From assembly GCA_030429235.1 (NCBI GenBank), contig JAUIDB010000010.1, positions 13,334 to 77,333 of the forward strand: DNA of 64,000 nt, given 5' to 3'. The stretch comes from Thermoanaerobaculia bacterium. Its GTDB lineage: Bacteria > Acidobacteriota > Thermoanaerobaculia > Multivoradales > JAIOJS01. Of the stretch, positions 55,450 through 64,000 are shown piece after piece. The notes under the pieces were generated by a model. That model worked only from the letters and a program-made list of their open reading frames with translations. It ran no database searches and was not told the origin of the DNA. A program made the translations under genes and the position numbers. Numbering within the stretch: the first letter of the stretch is position 1; the number at the start of each line of letters is the position of its first letter.

Positions 55450-56246
55450 TCTGCTCGGATTTCGAGGGGCGTCTGGAGGCACTCGCAGAGGGCCGCCTCG
55501 GCGACCGTGCCGCGCAGGACTGCCGAGAGCACGCGGCCCGTTGCTCGGCTTGTTCCGAGTTGCTCTTCCTAGCGGGTCTCGGGCCCACCGAGGGGTCCGT
55601 GGTGGATCTCACGCCGGCGGTACTGGCGGCCACCAGTGGTTCCCTCTGCGAAGCGGTCCAGGGGCAACTGGCGGACGTCGAGTCTGGGGTCGGAGTTGCC
55701 GGAGCGGCCACCTACGACGAGGCGTTGGCGTCGCACCTGGACCACTGCCCGGAGTGCGAGGCGATCGCCGGTGTGCTCCACGGGTTGCCGCGGGAACTCC
55801 CCGCGCTGGCCGAGGTCCGGGCGCCGTACGGTTTCGTCGCCGCCGTACTCCGGCGCACCCTGCCGCCGACGACTCGCTGGCGACGGCGTTGCGCCACCGC
55901 GTGGCAGGATTGGGTCCGGCGGCCACGCTTCGCTACCGAACTGGCCTACGCGCTCACCGTCGCGCTATTGATCCTGGTCGGCAATCCGGCCACCCCCCTG
56001 TCGGCGATGTCGGATACGGCGCGTCGGGCGCTGCCGCGCGGCGAAGACCTGGCCCAACGAGTCGCTCCCCTGGAGAGCAAGCTCGAGCAGTATGGGGAGT
56101 CGATCGGCCACTCGCCGGCGGTGCGGGTGTTCGTGGCGGGGGCGGAGTGGAGTCAGGACCGGGTGGACGATCTGTGGCAGAGCACGTCGAGGGCCCTGTC
56201 CGACCTCGAGGCCGGCCTGACCGAGCTGTTCGGTCCCGGCCGCTAA
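55446..56246 (+). CDS. Zinc-finger (ZAS-type) anti-sigma factor, co-translated with the ECF sigma.
   Basis: 4-nt overlap. HAARCSACSELL (HxxxCxxC). Central TM. Confidence 0.75.
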   Translation: MICSDFEGRLEALAEGRLGDRAAQDCREHAARCSACSELLFLAGLGPTEGSVVDLTPAVLAATSGSLCEAVQGQLADVESGVGVAGAATYDEALASHLDHCPECEAIAGVLHGLPRELPALAEVRAPYGFVAAVLRRTLPPTTRWRRRCATAWQDWVRRPRFATELAYALTVALLILVGNPATPLSAMSDTARRALPRGEDLAQRVAPLESKLEQYGESIGHSPAVRVFVAGAEWSQDRVDDLWQSTSRALSDLEAGLTELFGPGR

Positions 56247-56325
56247 CCGTCCGCAGTCCTCCGGACGCGTCCCTGTCGTCGACGACCTCGGGATCCGCGC
56301 GAACTCTTCGCGGTCGCTGACGTAT

Positions 56326-56347
56326 GATTTCCTGAGTCTAGGAAATC
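56326..56347. promoter_or_regulatory. AT-rich perfect palindrome GATTTCCT-N6-AGGAAATC with flanking GGTCGCTG/CAGCGACC arms. Candidate operator or structured leader upstream of the gene at 56390.
   Basis: 8-bp perfect arms. A 12-mer perfect palindrome GTCGTCGACGAC sits 45 nt upstream at 56273..56284. Confidence 0.3.
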
Positions 56348-56389
56348 AGCGACCACCGTGGCGTCGGCTCACGGTACGGAGGAGGCCGA

Positions 56390-58906
56390 ATGCGTAGAGG
56401 ATCGACCAGGGCGGCGACAGGTTCCACTCTTCTGGCCTTGGCCGCGGCGCTGGGTGGCTTGGCATGGCTGGCCTGCACTCCCGACGCTCCTGAGCCGGCC
56501 CCGGTCCCCCCTCTCCGCTTCCACTTGGCGAGCCAACTGAACACCGCGACGGTCGTGGCGCCGACGGCTCCCGACAGCACACCCTTGGACTGGCAGGGCC
56601 GCGATCTCGAGACGACGTGGACGCTGCTGGGCAGCGAATCGGTGCCTCACTTTGCGACCCTGGCTCCGACCTTCACCGACGAGGGAGTCGATCTCGACTT
56701 CGGGGTGCCGGCACAGCCGCGGGGACCGCTGCGGGTGGGTGGACTGCGCATCGACCTCGAAGCGAGCGACTTCGGTCGCTGGGATACCGTGCTGGTCGAG
56801 GCCCGTTCGAGTGATCGTTTTGCGGGAGTCACGGTGGCGGTCAACGTCGACGACGACGAGGCGCTGCCGGGTTTCATGCGGTTCTTCGCGTCGACTGGAA
56901 ACTGTCCCCCGATCTTCAACGATGGTTCGATCCAGACCTACGCGATTCCGATCAGCCTGGCTGAGAAGCAGACCCGCCCCGACCAACTGAAAAGCCTCGC
57001 GGTGCTCTTCGCGGCGCCCGGCGAGGCTACGATCCAGGTCCGGTCGGTCCGTTTGGTACCGCACGGCGCCTCGTACCCGGAAGAAGCCGGCGTCCTGCGC
57101 ACCGAGCGCGGGGGCACCACCCGCGAGGCGCTCTATCTACGGACACCAGGCGAGATCTCCCTCGAGGTGCCAGCCATGGGGGAGAGCCGGCTCGATTTCG
57201 GCCTCACCGCCGAGGTCGACCGCCCCGTCACGTATCGTTTGTTGCGAAGGTTCGGAGATTCCGAGGAGGTGCTGTTCGAGCGCACCGTCGAGGCGGCAGA
57301 GAGCTGGGAACAGTTCAGCCAACCGCTGAACCTGAACGAACCGACGCAGCTCGTCCTGGCGGCCGAGGCCGCGGAGCCCGGGACGGTCGCGCTGTGGGGT
57401 TCTCCGGTGGTGAGTTCCACTCCGCCGCCCGGCGGGCCACCCAACGTCATCTTCTACGTCATCGATGGCGGCGACGCCAACCTGATGAGCCTCTACGAGT
57501 ACGGCCGACCGACCACTCCCTACCTCGAGAGTCTGGCCAACGAGGGGGTTCTGTTTGGGCGGGCGTACTCCAATGCAACTTGGACCCAACCGTCGACGGT
57601 CTCGTTCCTCACCTCGCTGCAGCACAGTGTGCTGGGTGGCTTGCGTCGCGGCATCCACTCGACCCCGGTGCCGACGGCGGCGGTGACCATGGCCGAGCAC
57701 TTCCGTCAGGGCGGTTACACCACGGCTTCCTTTACCGCCAACCCCAACGCCGGTCGGATGGTCGGTACCGATCGGGGGGTCGACTGGATGCGGGATGCGG
57801 CGACCGAGAACCACTCGACTTCGTCCCTGACCCTGCACGAGGAGTTCTGGAAGTACCGCGATGCCTACCCGCAGGGGCCGTTCTTCGTCCACTTCCAGAC
57901 CACTGACGTCCACGAACCGAACCACCCCGAGGAGCCCTTTGCCGGCACCTTCGTCGGCGCGGAGCAGTTGGCCGAGTTCGAGGAGTGGGACAATCGGCTC
58001 TGGGGCGCCGTCTTCCCCTGGTTCGGACGCACCTCGGTGGTCGACCTCTACGACCGGGGTATCGAGGCCAGCGGAGTGGATCGCTACGCCTACTTCGCGG
58101 TCCGTAATGGGCTCTACGACGAGACCATGCTCCACCAGGACCACGCCCTCGAGCAGTTCGTGCAGGAACTCCGGGACCGGGGTGAGTGGGAGAACACGAT
58201 CCTGGTGATCGGCGCTGACCACGGACATCCGGCGGGGACCTTCGCCCGCTTCGGTCGTGGACTCCTCGATCCCCAGCCCGAACCCTGGCAGGGCGCCTTG
58301 GCAGATGCCTACGCCACTCGCGTACCCTTCCTCGTGGTGTGGCCGGGTCAGTTGGAGGGTGGTCGGCGGATCGACCGCCCCGTGTCGATGCTCGACGTGT
58401 TGCCCACGGTGCTGGAACTCGCCGGCCTGCCGGAGCCGGAAGTCTTACAGGGGCAGTCGCTGGCGCCGCTGCTGCGTGGGGGGGAGATCGAGGCTCGTCC
58501 GGTGATCCTGGACGAGTTCCGCGTCGACGAAACCAGCGGCGAGCTGATCGGAAATCTCGAGATCATCGACGGCCGCTGGGCCGCTTCGCTCGAGATCGGC
58601 CCCACTCCGGAGGAGACGGCGCCAGGGTTCGGTCGCTACCAGGTGCCGGCTGGAGGCCGTTGGGGGGCCGTTCATCCCTTCTTCCCCGACGTTCCGAGGC
58701 TGTTGCTCTACGACCTCGAGGAAGATCCCTTCACGACCCGGGCCGTCAACGAAGAGCATCCGGACCTGGTGCGCAAATACACGCGGTTGCTGCAGGAACA
58801 CTGGCAGGCGCACCAGGCTCTCGCCACCCGATTCAGCGAGGCGGGTGAGGTCACCCTGGATCCGGAACAGCTCGAGCAGCTCAAGGCACTGGGCTACATC
58901 CAATAG
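56390..58906 (+). CDS. Sulfatase-like hydrolase lipoprotein (alkaline phosphatase superfamily) with a ~340-aa N-terminal extra domain.
   Basis: GGAGGA RBS. Lipobox LAWLAC. PNVIFYVIDGGDANL...WTQPSTVSFLTS...GADHG. The CxPxR position reads TQPST. Confidence 0.8.
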   Translation: MRRGSTRAATGSTLLALAAALGGLAWLACTPDAPEPAPVPPLRFHLASQLNTATVVAPTAPDSTPLDWQGRDLETTWTLLGSESVPHFATLAPTFTDEGVDLDFGVPAQPRGPLRVGGLRIDLEASDFGRWDTVLVEARSSDRFAGVTVAVNVDDDEALPGFMRFFASTGNCPPIFNDGSIQTYAIPISLAEKQTRPDQLKSLAVLFAAPGEATIQVRSVRLVPHGASYPEEAGVLRTERGGTTREALYLRTPGEISLEVPAMGESRLDFGLTAEVDRPVTYRLLRRFGDSEEVLFERTVEAAESWEQFSQPLNLNEPTQLVLAAEAAEPGTVALWGSPVVSSTPPPGGPPNVIFYVIDGGDANLMSLYEYGRPTTPYLESLANEGVLFGRAYSNATWTQPSTVSFLTSLQHSVLGGLRRGIHSTPVPTAAVTMAEHFRQGGYTTASFTANPNAGRMVGTDRGVDWMRDAATENHSTSSLTLHEEFWKYRDAYPQGPFFVHFQTTDVHEPNHPEEPFAGTFVGAEQLAEFEEWDNRLWGAVFPWFGRTSVVDLYDRGIEASGVDRYAYFAVRNGLYDETMLHQDHALEQFVQELRDRGEWENTILVIGADHGHPAGTFARFGRGLLDPQPEPWQGALADAYATRVPFLVVWPGQLEGGRRIDRPVSMLDVLPTVLELAGLPEPEVLQGQSLAPLLRGGEIEARPVILDEFRVDETSGELIGNLEIIDGRWAASLEIGPTPEETAPGFGRYQVPAGGRWGAVHPFFPDVPRLLLYDLEEDPFTTRAVNEEHPDLVRKYTRLLQEHWQAHQALATRFSEAGEVTLDPEQLEQLKALGYIQ

Positions 58907-59024
58907 CGGGGATCATCTCCGTGGCGAGACTTCCGGCCGAGGAGTGGACGGAACCTCGGCGGGGTCAGCTGCGTCTTCTCTGTGAACCGGCACTCAGGTG
59001 CCCAACCCCATGAGGAGAGACGAG

Positions 59025-59675
59025 ATGTCCGAAACACCGATTTCCGATCAGGTCCCATCAGAGGAGGCGCCAGAGAGTGCAGCGCAGAGTCAAGCCCCGC
59101 CGGCCGCCGCGGCCGCGCCGAGGTCTGCTTCCTATCGAACCACCCCGACGTACTCCACCGTGGTCGCCGATGACCCGCGCCGCAAGTCCCCGCTGCTGGC
59201 TTCCTTTCTGTCGGCGATGCCGGGCCTGGGTCAGGTCTACGTGGGCTACTACCAACGGGGCTTCGCCCACCTGCTGACGGTGGCTGGCACGATCGCCGTT
59301 CTCAACACGCGTTCGCTGCACAACAACGAGGCCCTGGTCCCGGCGGTGGCCTTCTTCCTGGTCTTCTTCTGGCTCTACAACATCATCGATGCCGGCCGGC
59401 GGGCGTCCTTCTACAACTACGCCCTGGCCGGAGGAACCGACATCAACCTGCCTCAGGATCTCGGGGCACCGATGAGTGGTTCGATCGCCGGTGGCGTGGT
59501 GGCCATCGCGGTGGGTGCCCTCCTCCTGAGCCACACCCTGCTCGACTTCTCGATGGACTGGCTCGAGGAGTGGTGGCCGATGGCGATCATCGGGTTCGGC
59601 GTGTTCCTGGTCTACCGGGCGCGACAGGACCAGGCGAAGAACTCGACCGCAGCCCACGATCTCGAAGGCTACTGA
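59025..59675 (+). CDS. Hypothetical membrane protein (TM2-domain-like).
   Basis: GAGGAGA RBS. Charged N-terminal tail, then 3-4 TM helices including PGLGQVYVGYYQRGF. Confidence 0.5.
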   Translation: MSETPISDQVPSEEAPESAAQSQAPPAAAAAPRSASYRTTPTYSTVVADDPRRKSPLLASFLSAMPGLGQVYVGYYQRGFAHLLTVAGTIAVLNTRSLHNNEALVPAVAFFLVFFWLYNIIDAGRRASFYNYALAGGTDINLPQDLGAPMSGSIAGGVVAIAVGALLLSHTLLDFSMDWLEEWWPMAIIGFGVFLVYRARQDQAKNSTAAHDLEGY

Positions 59676-59766
59676 GCCCGGGAGCGTCTGACCTCGGCTG
59701 CGAGGCACCGGGTCCCGAAGGGCTCGGTGCCTCGTGCTTGGTGCGGGGACGAGGTTGGGCGCCGGC

Positions 59767-61104
59767 TCAGAAGAAGCGGAGCCAGACGTAGAGGTGGGCG
59801 ATGGCCAGAGTCATCAGCAGGACCGGCATGCCCCAGGCCATGAAGCGCGTGAAGGAGATCTTGTGGCCGGCGCGTTCGGCGATACCGAGCACCGCCACGT
59901 TGGCGGAGGCTCCGATCGGGGTCCCGTTGCCTCCCAGGCAGGAACCCAGGGCCAGCGACCACCAGACCGGCAGGATCGAGGGGTGTTGGAGGGTCTGGAC
60001 GCCGCTCGGGGCCGCGCTGCCGACTACGGTCTCCGACATCTCGGCGACCAACGGTGCCATGGTGGCGACGTACGGGATGTTGTCGACGAAGGCCGAGAGG
60101 ATGCCGGAGAACCAGAGCATCACGTAGCTGGTGGTGGCGGTCGAGGCCAGGCTGGGGCTCGTCTCGGCGATCACCACCGCCGAGAGCTGCTCGACGAATC
60201 CCACCTTCACGATTCCGCCGATCACGATGTAGAGCCCGACGAAGAAGAAGATCGTAGGCCACTCGACCGCGGCGAACACCTCGTGCGGATCTTCCTTCGA
60301 AATCAGCAAGAGGAGGGCGGCTCCGGCGAGGGCGACGGCCGCGGGTTCGATGTGGGTCACGCTGTGGAACATGAACCCAGCGGTGACCAGGAGCAGCACC
60401 AGAATCGACTTCTTGACCAACGAGGGATCGCGGATCAGCTTCCCTTCGTTCATCCCGAGGATGTGTTGACGTTTGTCCTCGTCGACCCTCATGCGTCCGA
60501 AGAAGGCCCAGAGCACGACGAGCAGGGCTCCCATCATGACGATGACGACGGGACCGAGGTTGACGACGAAGTCGAGGAACCCCAGTTTCGAGCGCGATGC
60601 GATCATCAGGTTCGGGGGGTCACCGATCAGCGTGGCGGTACCCCCGATGTTGGAGGCGAGAGCTTCGGCGATCAAGAAGGGCACCGGGTCGAGTTCCAGC
60701 TCGTCGGCAATCAGCAGTGTCACCGGGGCGAAGAGTAGGACAGTCGTTACGTTGTCGAGCAGGGCCGAGAAGAAGGCGGTGGCGATCACGAAGAGCACCA
60801 TGATCGGAAACGGCCGACCTCCGACGAGTTTGGCCATGCGCACCGCGCACCACTCGAAGGCGCCGCTCTTGCCCAGGATGTCGACGATCACCATCATGCC
60901 GATCAGGAGGAAGATCACGCCGTGATCGATCCCGAGTTCGGCGGAGTGGAAGGCCTCCTCCTGGGTCAAGAGGCCGAGTCCCAGCACCACGCCGGCGCCG
61001 AGGAGGGCGGCTTTGGTCTTGTGGACCTTTTCACTGACGATCAGGCCCAGCGTGGCGACAAAGGTCGCGCACGCCGTCCAGTAGGCCAAGCTTCCAGAGA
61101 GCAT
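59767..61104 (-). CDS. ArsB/NhaD (CitMHS) superfamily anion/ion permease.
   Basis: About 11 TM helices. Duplicated halves with conserved GG..PIGAS.N / GDPPN loops. Confidence 0.85.
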   Translation of the reverse strand: MLSGSLAYWTACATFVATLGLIVSEKVHKTKAALLGAGVVLGLGLLTQEEAFHSAELGIDHGVIFLLIGMMVIVDILGKSGAFEWCAVRMAKLVGGRPFPIMVLFVIATAFFSALLDNVTTVLLFAPVTLLIADELELDPVPFLIAEALASNIGGTATLIGDPPNLMIASRSKLGFLDFVVNLGPVVIVMMGALLVVLWAFFGRMRVDEDKRQHILGMNEGKLIRDPSLVKKSILVLLLVTAGFMFHSVTHIEPAAVALAGAALLLLISKEDPHEVFAAVEWPTIFFFVGLYIVIGGIVKVGFVEQLSAVVIAETSPSLASTATTSYVMLWFSGILSAFVDNIPYVATMAPLVAEMSETVVGSAAPSGVQTLQHPSILPVWWSLALGSCLGGNGTPIGASANVAVLGIAERAGHKISFTRFMAWGMPVLLMTLAIAHLYVWLRFF

Positions 61105-61133
61105 GGTCGAATCTCCGTAGAGGGTCGGGGGCG

Positions 61134-61598
61134 CTATCCTGCGGGGGTGTCTTCTTCGAGGAGCAGGGGAGCGAGATGGTTGAGAACGGTGCGGCGGGTG
61201 ATCATGCCCACGAAACGGCCCTCCTCGAGAACCGGGAGGGTCTTTCGGCGATGCTCGACGATCAAACCCACGACCTTGATCAGACTGTCGTCCGGTGCCA
61301 CCGCGTCGATCTTGGTCGACATCAGGTCGCGCACCAGTACCTTACGGATCCGTGGCGCTCGCTCCTCGAGGTAGTCGGCGTGGACTACGTCGGCGAGCTT
61401 CAGATCGAGATCGAGGTAGAGCGGCACGAACTTCTTGAGCAGGTCGTGGACTCCGACCAGACCGAGGAGTTCTCGTTCTGGACCGAGTACCGCGGCCGTG
61501 GCCTGCCGACTGGCCAGGACCCTCGGCAAGAGGGTACCCAAGGCCTCGTCTGGGTAGGTCGTCAGCGGATCGTCGAGGAGGGCGTCACGTACGAGCAT
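61134..61598 (-). CDS. CBS-pair domain protein.
   Basis: Two CBS motifs (LVRDAL..., VRDLMSTKIDAVAPDDSLIKVVGLIVEHRRKTLPVLEEGRFVGMITRRTVLNHL). It is the real 3' part of the long spurious ORF 61134..62315. Confidence 0.7.
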   Translation of the reverse strand: MLVRDALLDDPLTTYPDEALGTLLPRVLASRQATAAVLGPERELLGLVGVHDLLKKFVPLYLDLDLKLADVVHADYLEERAPRIRKVLVRDLMSTKIDAVAPDDSLIKVVGLIVEHRRKTLPVLEEGRFVGMITRRTVLNHLAPLLLEEDTPAG

Positions 61599-61759
61599 GG
61601 TGGGCTTCGCGAGGGGGCGGGAACGCAGTCGAATCGACTGCGCCCCGGACCCTACACCAGGACGCCGAGGATTTCGAGGGTCTCGGCCAGGGAGTACCGG
61701 CGGCGCAGCGTCCAGTGCCATGGCCTCATCCCGACGAGGCCGTGGCGGTCGGAACGAGA

Positions 61760-62464
61760 CTAGAACGGATTCGTGGCGAAGACGGCGAGTTCGGGGATGA
61801 ACCCGCGGTCGTTCATCTCGAGACCGTTGACGATCGCGGCGGCAATGTCTTCGGGACGGAGCTTCTTCGCATCGCCGGGATCCTGGGCCAGACCGGCTCG
61901 AGGGTAGAAGTCGGTGACCACCTCCGAGGGGTTGATCAAGAGTACGCGGACGTCGTGGCGTCGCAGTTCGTCGCGCCAGCAGTCGTTCATCCCGCGCAGG
62001 GCAAACTTGGACGAGGAATAGGCGGTGCCGCCGGCGAAACCCTTCAGGGCAGCGGTCGAGGCGACGTTGACGATCGCGCCCGAGCGCTGAGCCACCAGGT
62101 GGCGAGCGACCTCGCGCGCGACGAGAAACGCTCCGAAGACGTTGGTCTCGTAGACTCGTCGCAGGTCGCTGAGTTCGGTCTCGAGCAGAGGGGCGAAGGT
62201 ACCGAACCCGGCGTTGTTGACGACCGCGTCGATGCCCCCGAACTCCTCGACGAAACGCGCCACCATCGCGACGACCGTCGCCTCGTCGCTGACGTCCCCG
62301 GGCAGCGCCAGACATCCGAGTTCCGCCGCGGCCTCGGCCAGGCGCTCGGGGTTCCTTCCGTTGATGGCCACGCGAGCCCCACGGGCGACGAGGGCCGCGG
62401 CGGTGGAGCGACCGATGCCGCTCGATCCCCCGGTGACGAGGATTCGACTGTTCTTGAGTTCCAT
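61760..62464 (-). CDS. SDR family short-chain dehydrogenase/reductase.
   Basis: TGGSSGIGRSTA (Rossmann), NNAG, and YSSSK catalytic motif. Confidence 0.9.
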   Translation of the reverse strand: MELKNSRILVTGGSSGIGRSTAAALVARGARVAINGRNPERLAEAAAELGCLALPGDVSDEATVVAMVARFVEEFGGIDAVVNNAGFGTFAPLLETELSDLRRVYETNVFGAFLVAREVARHLVAQRSGAIVNVASTAALKGFAGGTAYSSSKFALRGMNDCWRDELRRHDVRVLLINPSEVVTDFYPRAGLAQDPGDAKKLRPEDIAAAIVNGLEMNDRGFIPELAVFATNPF

Positions 62465-62475
62465 GGCAGGCTCCT

Positions 62476-63978
62476 TCAGGGGGTCTCGGTGGCGAGTTCG
62501 AGCAGGGCGGCGGTCATCATCTTCAAGTTGAGTTCGACCTGGTCTCGGGTGACGAACTCATGTTCGCTGTGGCCGGTGTACGGAGTGTTCGGCATCGACG
62601 GGCCGAAGTTGACGGCTCCCGGCAGCAGCTTGGCGTGGGTGGATCCCCCGATCGCCACCGGTTGGGCGTCTGCCTGACCGGTGTAGTGGCGGTAGACCGA
62701 GAGTAGGGTAGCGACGTGGGGAGCGTCGCGCTGGTCGATCGGGTCGCTGACGCTAACCTCGAGTTCGGCGAATCCGCGGCCTGGATCCTGTTCCCGTTGC
62801 CAGGCGGAGAGCGCATCCAGCGTCGCGGCCATGACGGCCTCTCGACTCCTTCCCGAGGGACGGCGGAAACTGATCCCGAGTTCGAGCTTCCAATCTTTGC
62901 TGCGCACTCTCGCCGCGGTCAGGGTCAGGCGTCCCATGAACTCGTCTTGGTAGGCGAGGTCTCCGAATCGGCCCGCGTAGTTCCCTCTCCCGACCAGGTC
63001 GTCGATCAGGCGTACGACCCCGGCGGCGGCGCTGGGGGGCCAGTCGACGGTGGCGAGGACGGTCGCCAATCGCGTCAGGGCGTTGTCACCCTCCTCCGGT
63101 ACGCTGGAGTGAGCCCCCGTACCGCTGGCCGAGATCTGCAGCTGGTCTCCGGTTCGCTGCAGGGTCACCAGACCGCCACCGTAGGCGGCGATGGCGGTGC
63201 CGAGTTCCTTCTCGATCGCCTCGGTGGCTCGATCGACGGTGGCTGAAGCGCGGCTCGGGACGATCGACAGGCCGGTTCCGGCCTCCAGGTGGGACAACCA
63301 GGGTTCTTCGAGGCCCAGGCCATCGCCCCAGAGCGGGAAGAAGACGTCGACGCCGCCCCAGGCCTTCTCGGCGACGGTGACCGGATAGCTCGAGTCGAAC
63401 ACGACGTTGAGGGGGGGAGGCGGGTGGTCGACGAGATAGTTGCGGAACGGATTCCAGTCGAGTTCCTCGCTGAGGGAGACGATCAGTTCGATGCGGCGCT
63501 GCATCGGGCGTCCGGAGTCGGCGACGGCCTTCATGGCGTAGAGGGCGACGGCGATGGCTCCTTTGTCGTCTTCGGTGCCCCGGCCGATGAGCCGGCCCGG
63601 CTCGGTCTCGGCGTCGAGCGTGAAGGGGTCCTTGGCCCACTGGCTGGCATCGACCGGTTGCACGTCGCCGTGGGTGACGAGTCCGAGGCGGTCCTTCGAA
63701 TCACCGAGACCGACGACCACCACGAGTCCGTGGTCCTCGACGTCGAAGCCGAGTTCGGCGGCGCGCTCGGCGAGGTAGCGTCGGATCTTTACGTACTCCT
63801 CGAGCTCCCCGTCGGCGGGTTGTTCGAGTTTGAAGGTACGGAAGGAGACGAGGTCGGCGAGGGTCTCGATCGTCGGCTCCAGATACCGGGCGGCCGCGGC
63901 CTCGCCCAGTTGGAGATTCTCCGTCGCCGGTTCGGGCAAGGACCAGGCAGGCGAGGCGATGGCCAGGAGGCAGACCAC
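62476..63978 (-). CDS. M20 family metallopeptidase/dipeptidase, secreted. The start may lie beyond the window end.
   Basis: HGDVQPV, GRGTEDDKG and GGSTHAKL-type M20 motifs. The frame stays open to nt 64000 (LLLRSPLVVCLLAIASPAWS looks like a signal peptide). Confidence 0.8.
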   Translation of the reverse strand: MVCLLAIASPAWSLPEPATENLQLGEAAAARYLEPTIETLADLVSFRTFKLEQPADGELEEYVKIRRYLAERAAELGFDVEDHGLVVVVGLGDSKDRLGLVTHGDVQPVDASQWAKDPFTLDAETEPGRLIGRGTEDDKGAIAVALYAMKAVADSGRPMQRRIELIVSLSEELDWNPFRNYLVDHPPPPLNVVFDSSYPVTVAEKAWGGVDVFFPLWGDGLGLEEPWLSHLEAGTGLSIVPSRASATVDRATEAIEKELGTAIAAYGGGLVTLQRTGDQLQISASGTGAHSSVPEEGDNALTRLATVLATVDWPPSAAAGVVRLIDDLVGRGNYAGRFGDLAYQDEFMGRLTLTAARVRSKDWKLELGISFRRPSGRSREAVMAATLDALSAWQREQDPGRGFAELEVSVSDPIDQRDAPHVATLLSVYRHYTGQADAQPVAIGGSTHAKLLPGAVNFGPSMPNTPYTGHSEHEFVTRDQVELNLKMMTAALLELATETP

Positions 63979-64000
63979 CAGCGGAGATCGGAGGAGAAGG

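Noticed and set aside
61134-62315. 393-aa minus-strand ORF
   Set aside because: Only the 3' 154 codons (the CBS pair, start 61598) look real. The 5' part is Arg/Gly junk running antisense across the SDR gene region.
1-64000. Search for tRNA, rRNA, CRISPR repeats, transposase or integrase genes, and phage genes
   Set aside because: None were found by eye. The window looks like core chromosome rich in envelope and signalling genes, not a mobile element.

Overview
This 64 kb window is a high-GC (about 65-70%) bacterial chromosomal segment that is almost entirely coding. I found no rRNA, tRNA, CRISPR array, transposase or integrase. Internal start positions were derived by codon arithmetic from the ORF track, so they carry a +/-1 nt uncertainty in places. 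The content is dominated by two themes. First, secreted and outer-membrane proteins: LVIVD and ELWxxDGT beta-propellers, CSLREA/PMP-type beta-helix proteins, a lamin-tail-domain protein, a vWA protein, sulfatase-like lipoproteins, OMP beta-barrels, a POTRA OMP, and M28/M20 peptidases. Second, a dense signalling layer: a 1000-aa Hanks-type Ser/Thr kinase directly upstream of an FHA-sigma54 activator, a DUF4390-HK-NtrC operon, two ECF sigma/anti-sigma pairs (one ChrR-type), PadR and HxlR regulators, and an HD-GYP phosphodiesterase. Three observations stand out. (1) Four unrelated secreted proteins all end in a near-identical tail, [LI]FADGFESGD[TV]x[AS]W plus 5-8 residues then stop, conserved at protein but not DNA level; this looks like a sorting or processing tag that I cannot assign to any named family. 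(2) Three sequence-perfect or near-perfect sigma54 -24/-12 promoters (GG-N10-GC spacing) sit next to the two sigma54 activators, implying a local kinase -> FHA-EBP -> sigma54 circuit and a sigma54-driven OMP-POTRA-DUF4390-HK-NtrC operon. (3) There are several AT-rich palindromes or operators in an otherwise GC-rich background, an ECF-type GGAAC-N17-CGTT promoter, and a gene remnant. The taxonomic flavour (many STPK/FHA-EBP, ELWxxDGT, CSLREA) suggests a Myxococcota-like or similar predatory/marine lineage; that is inference only.
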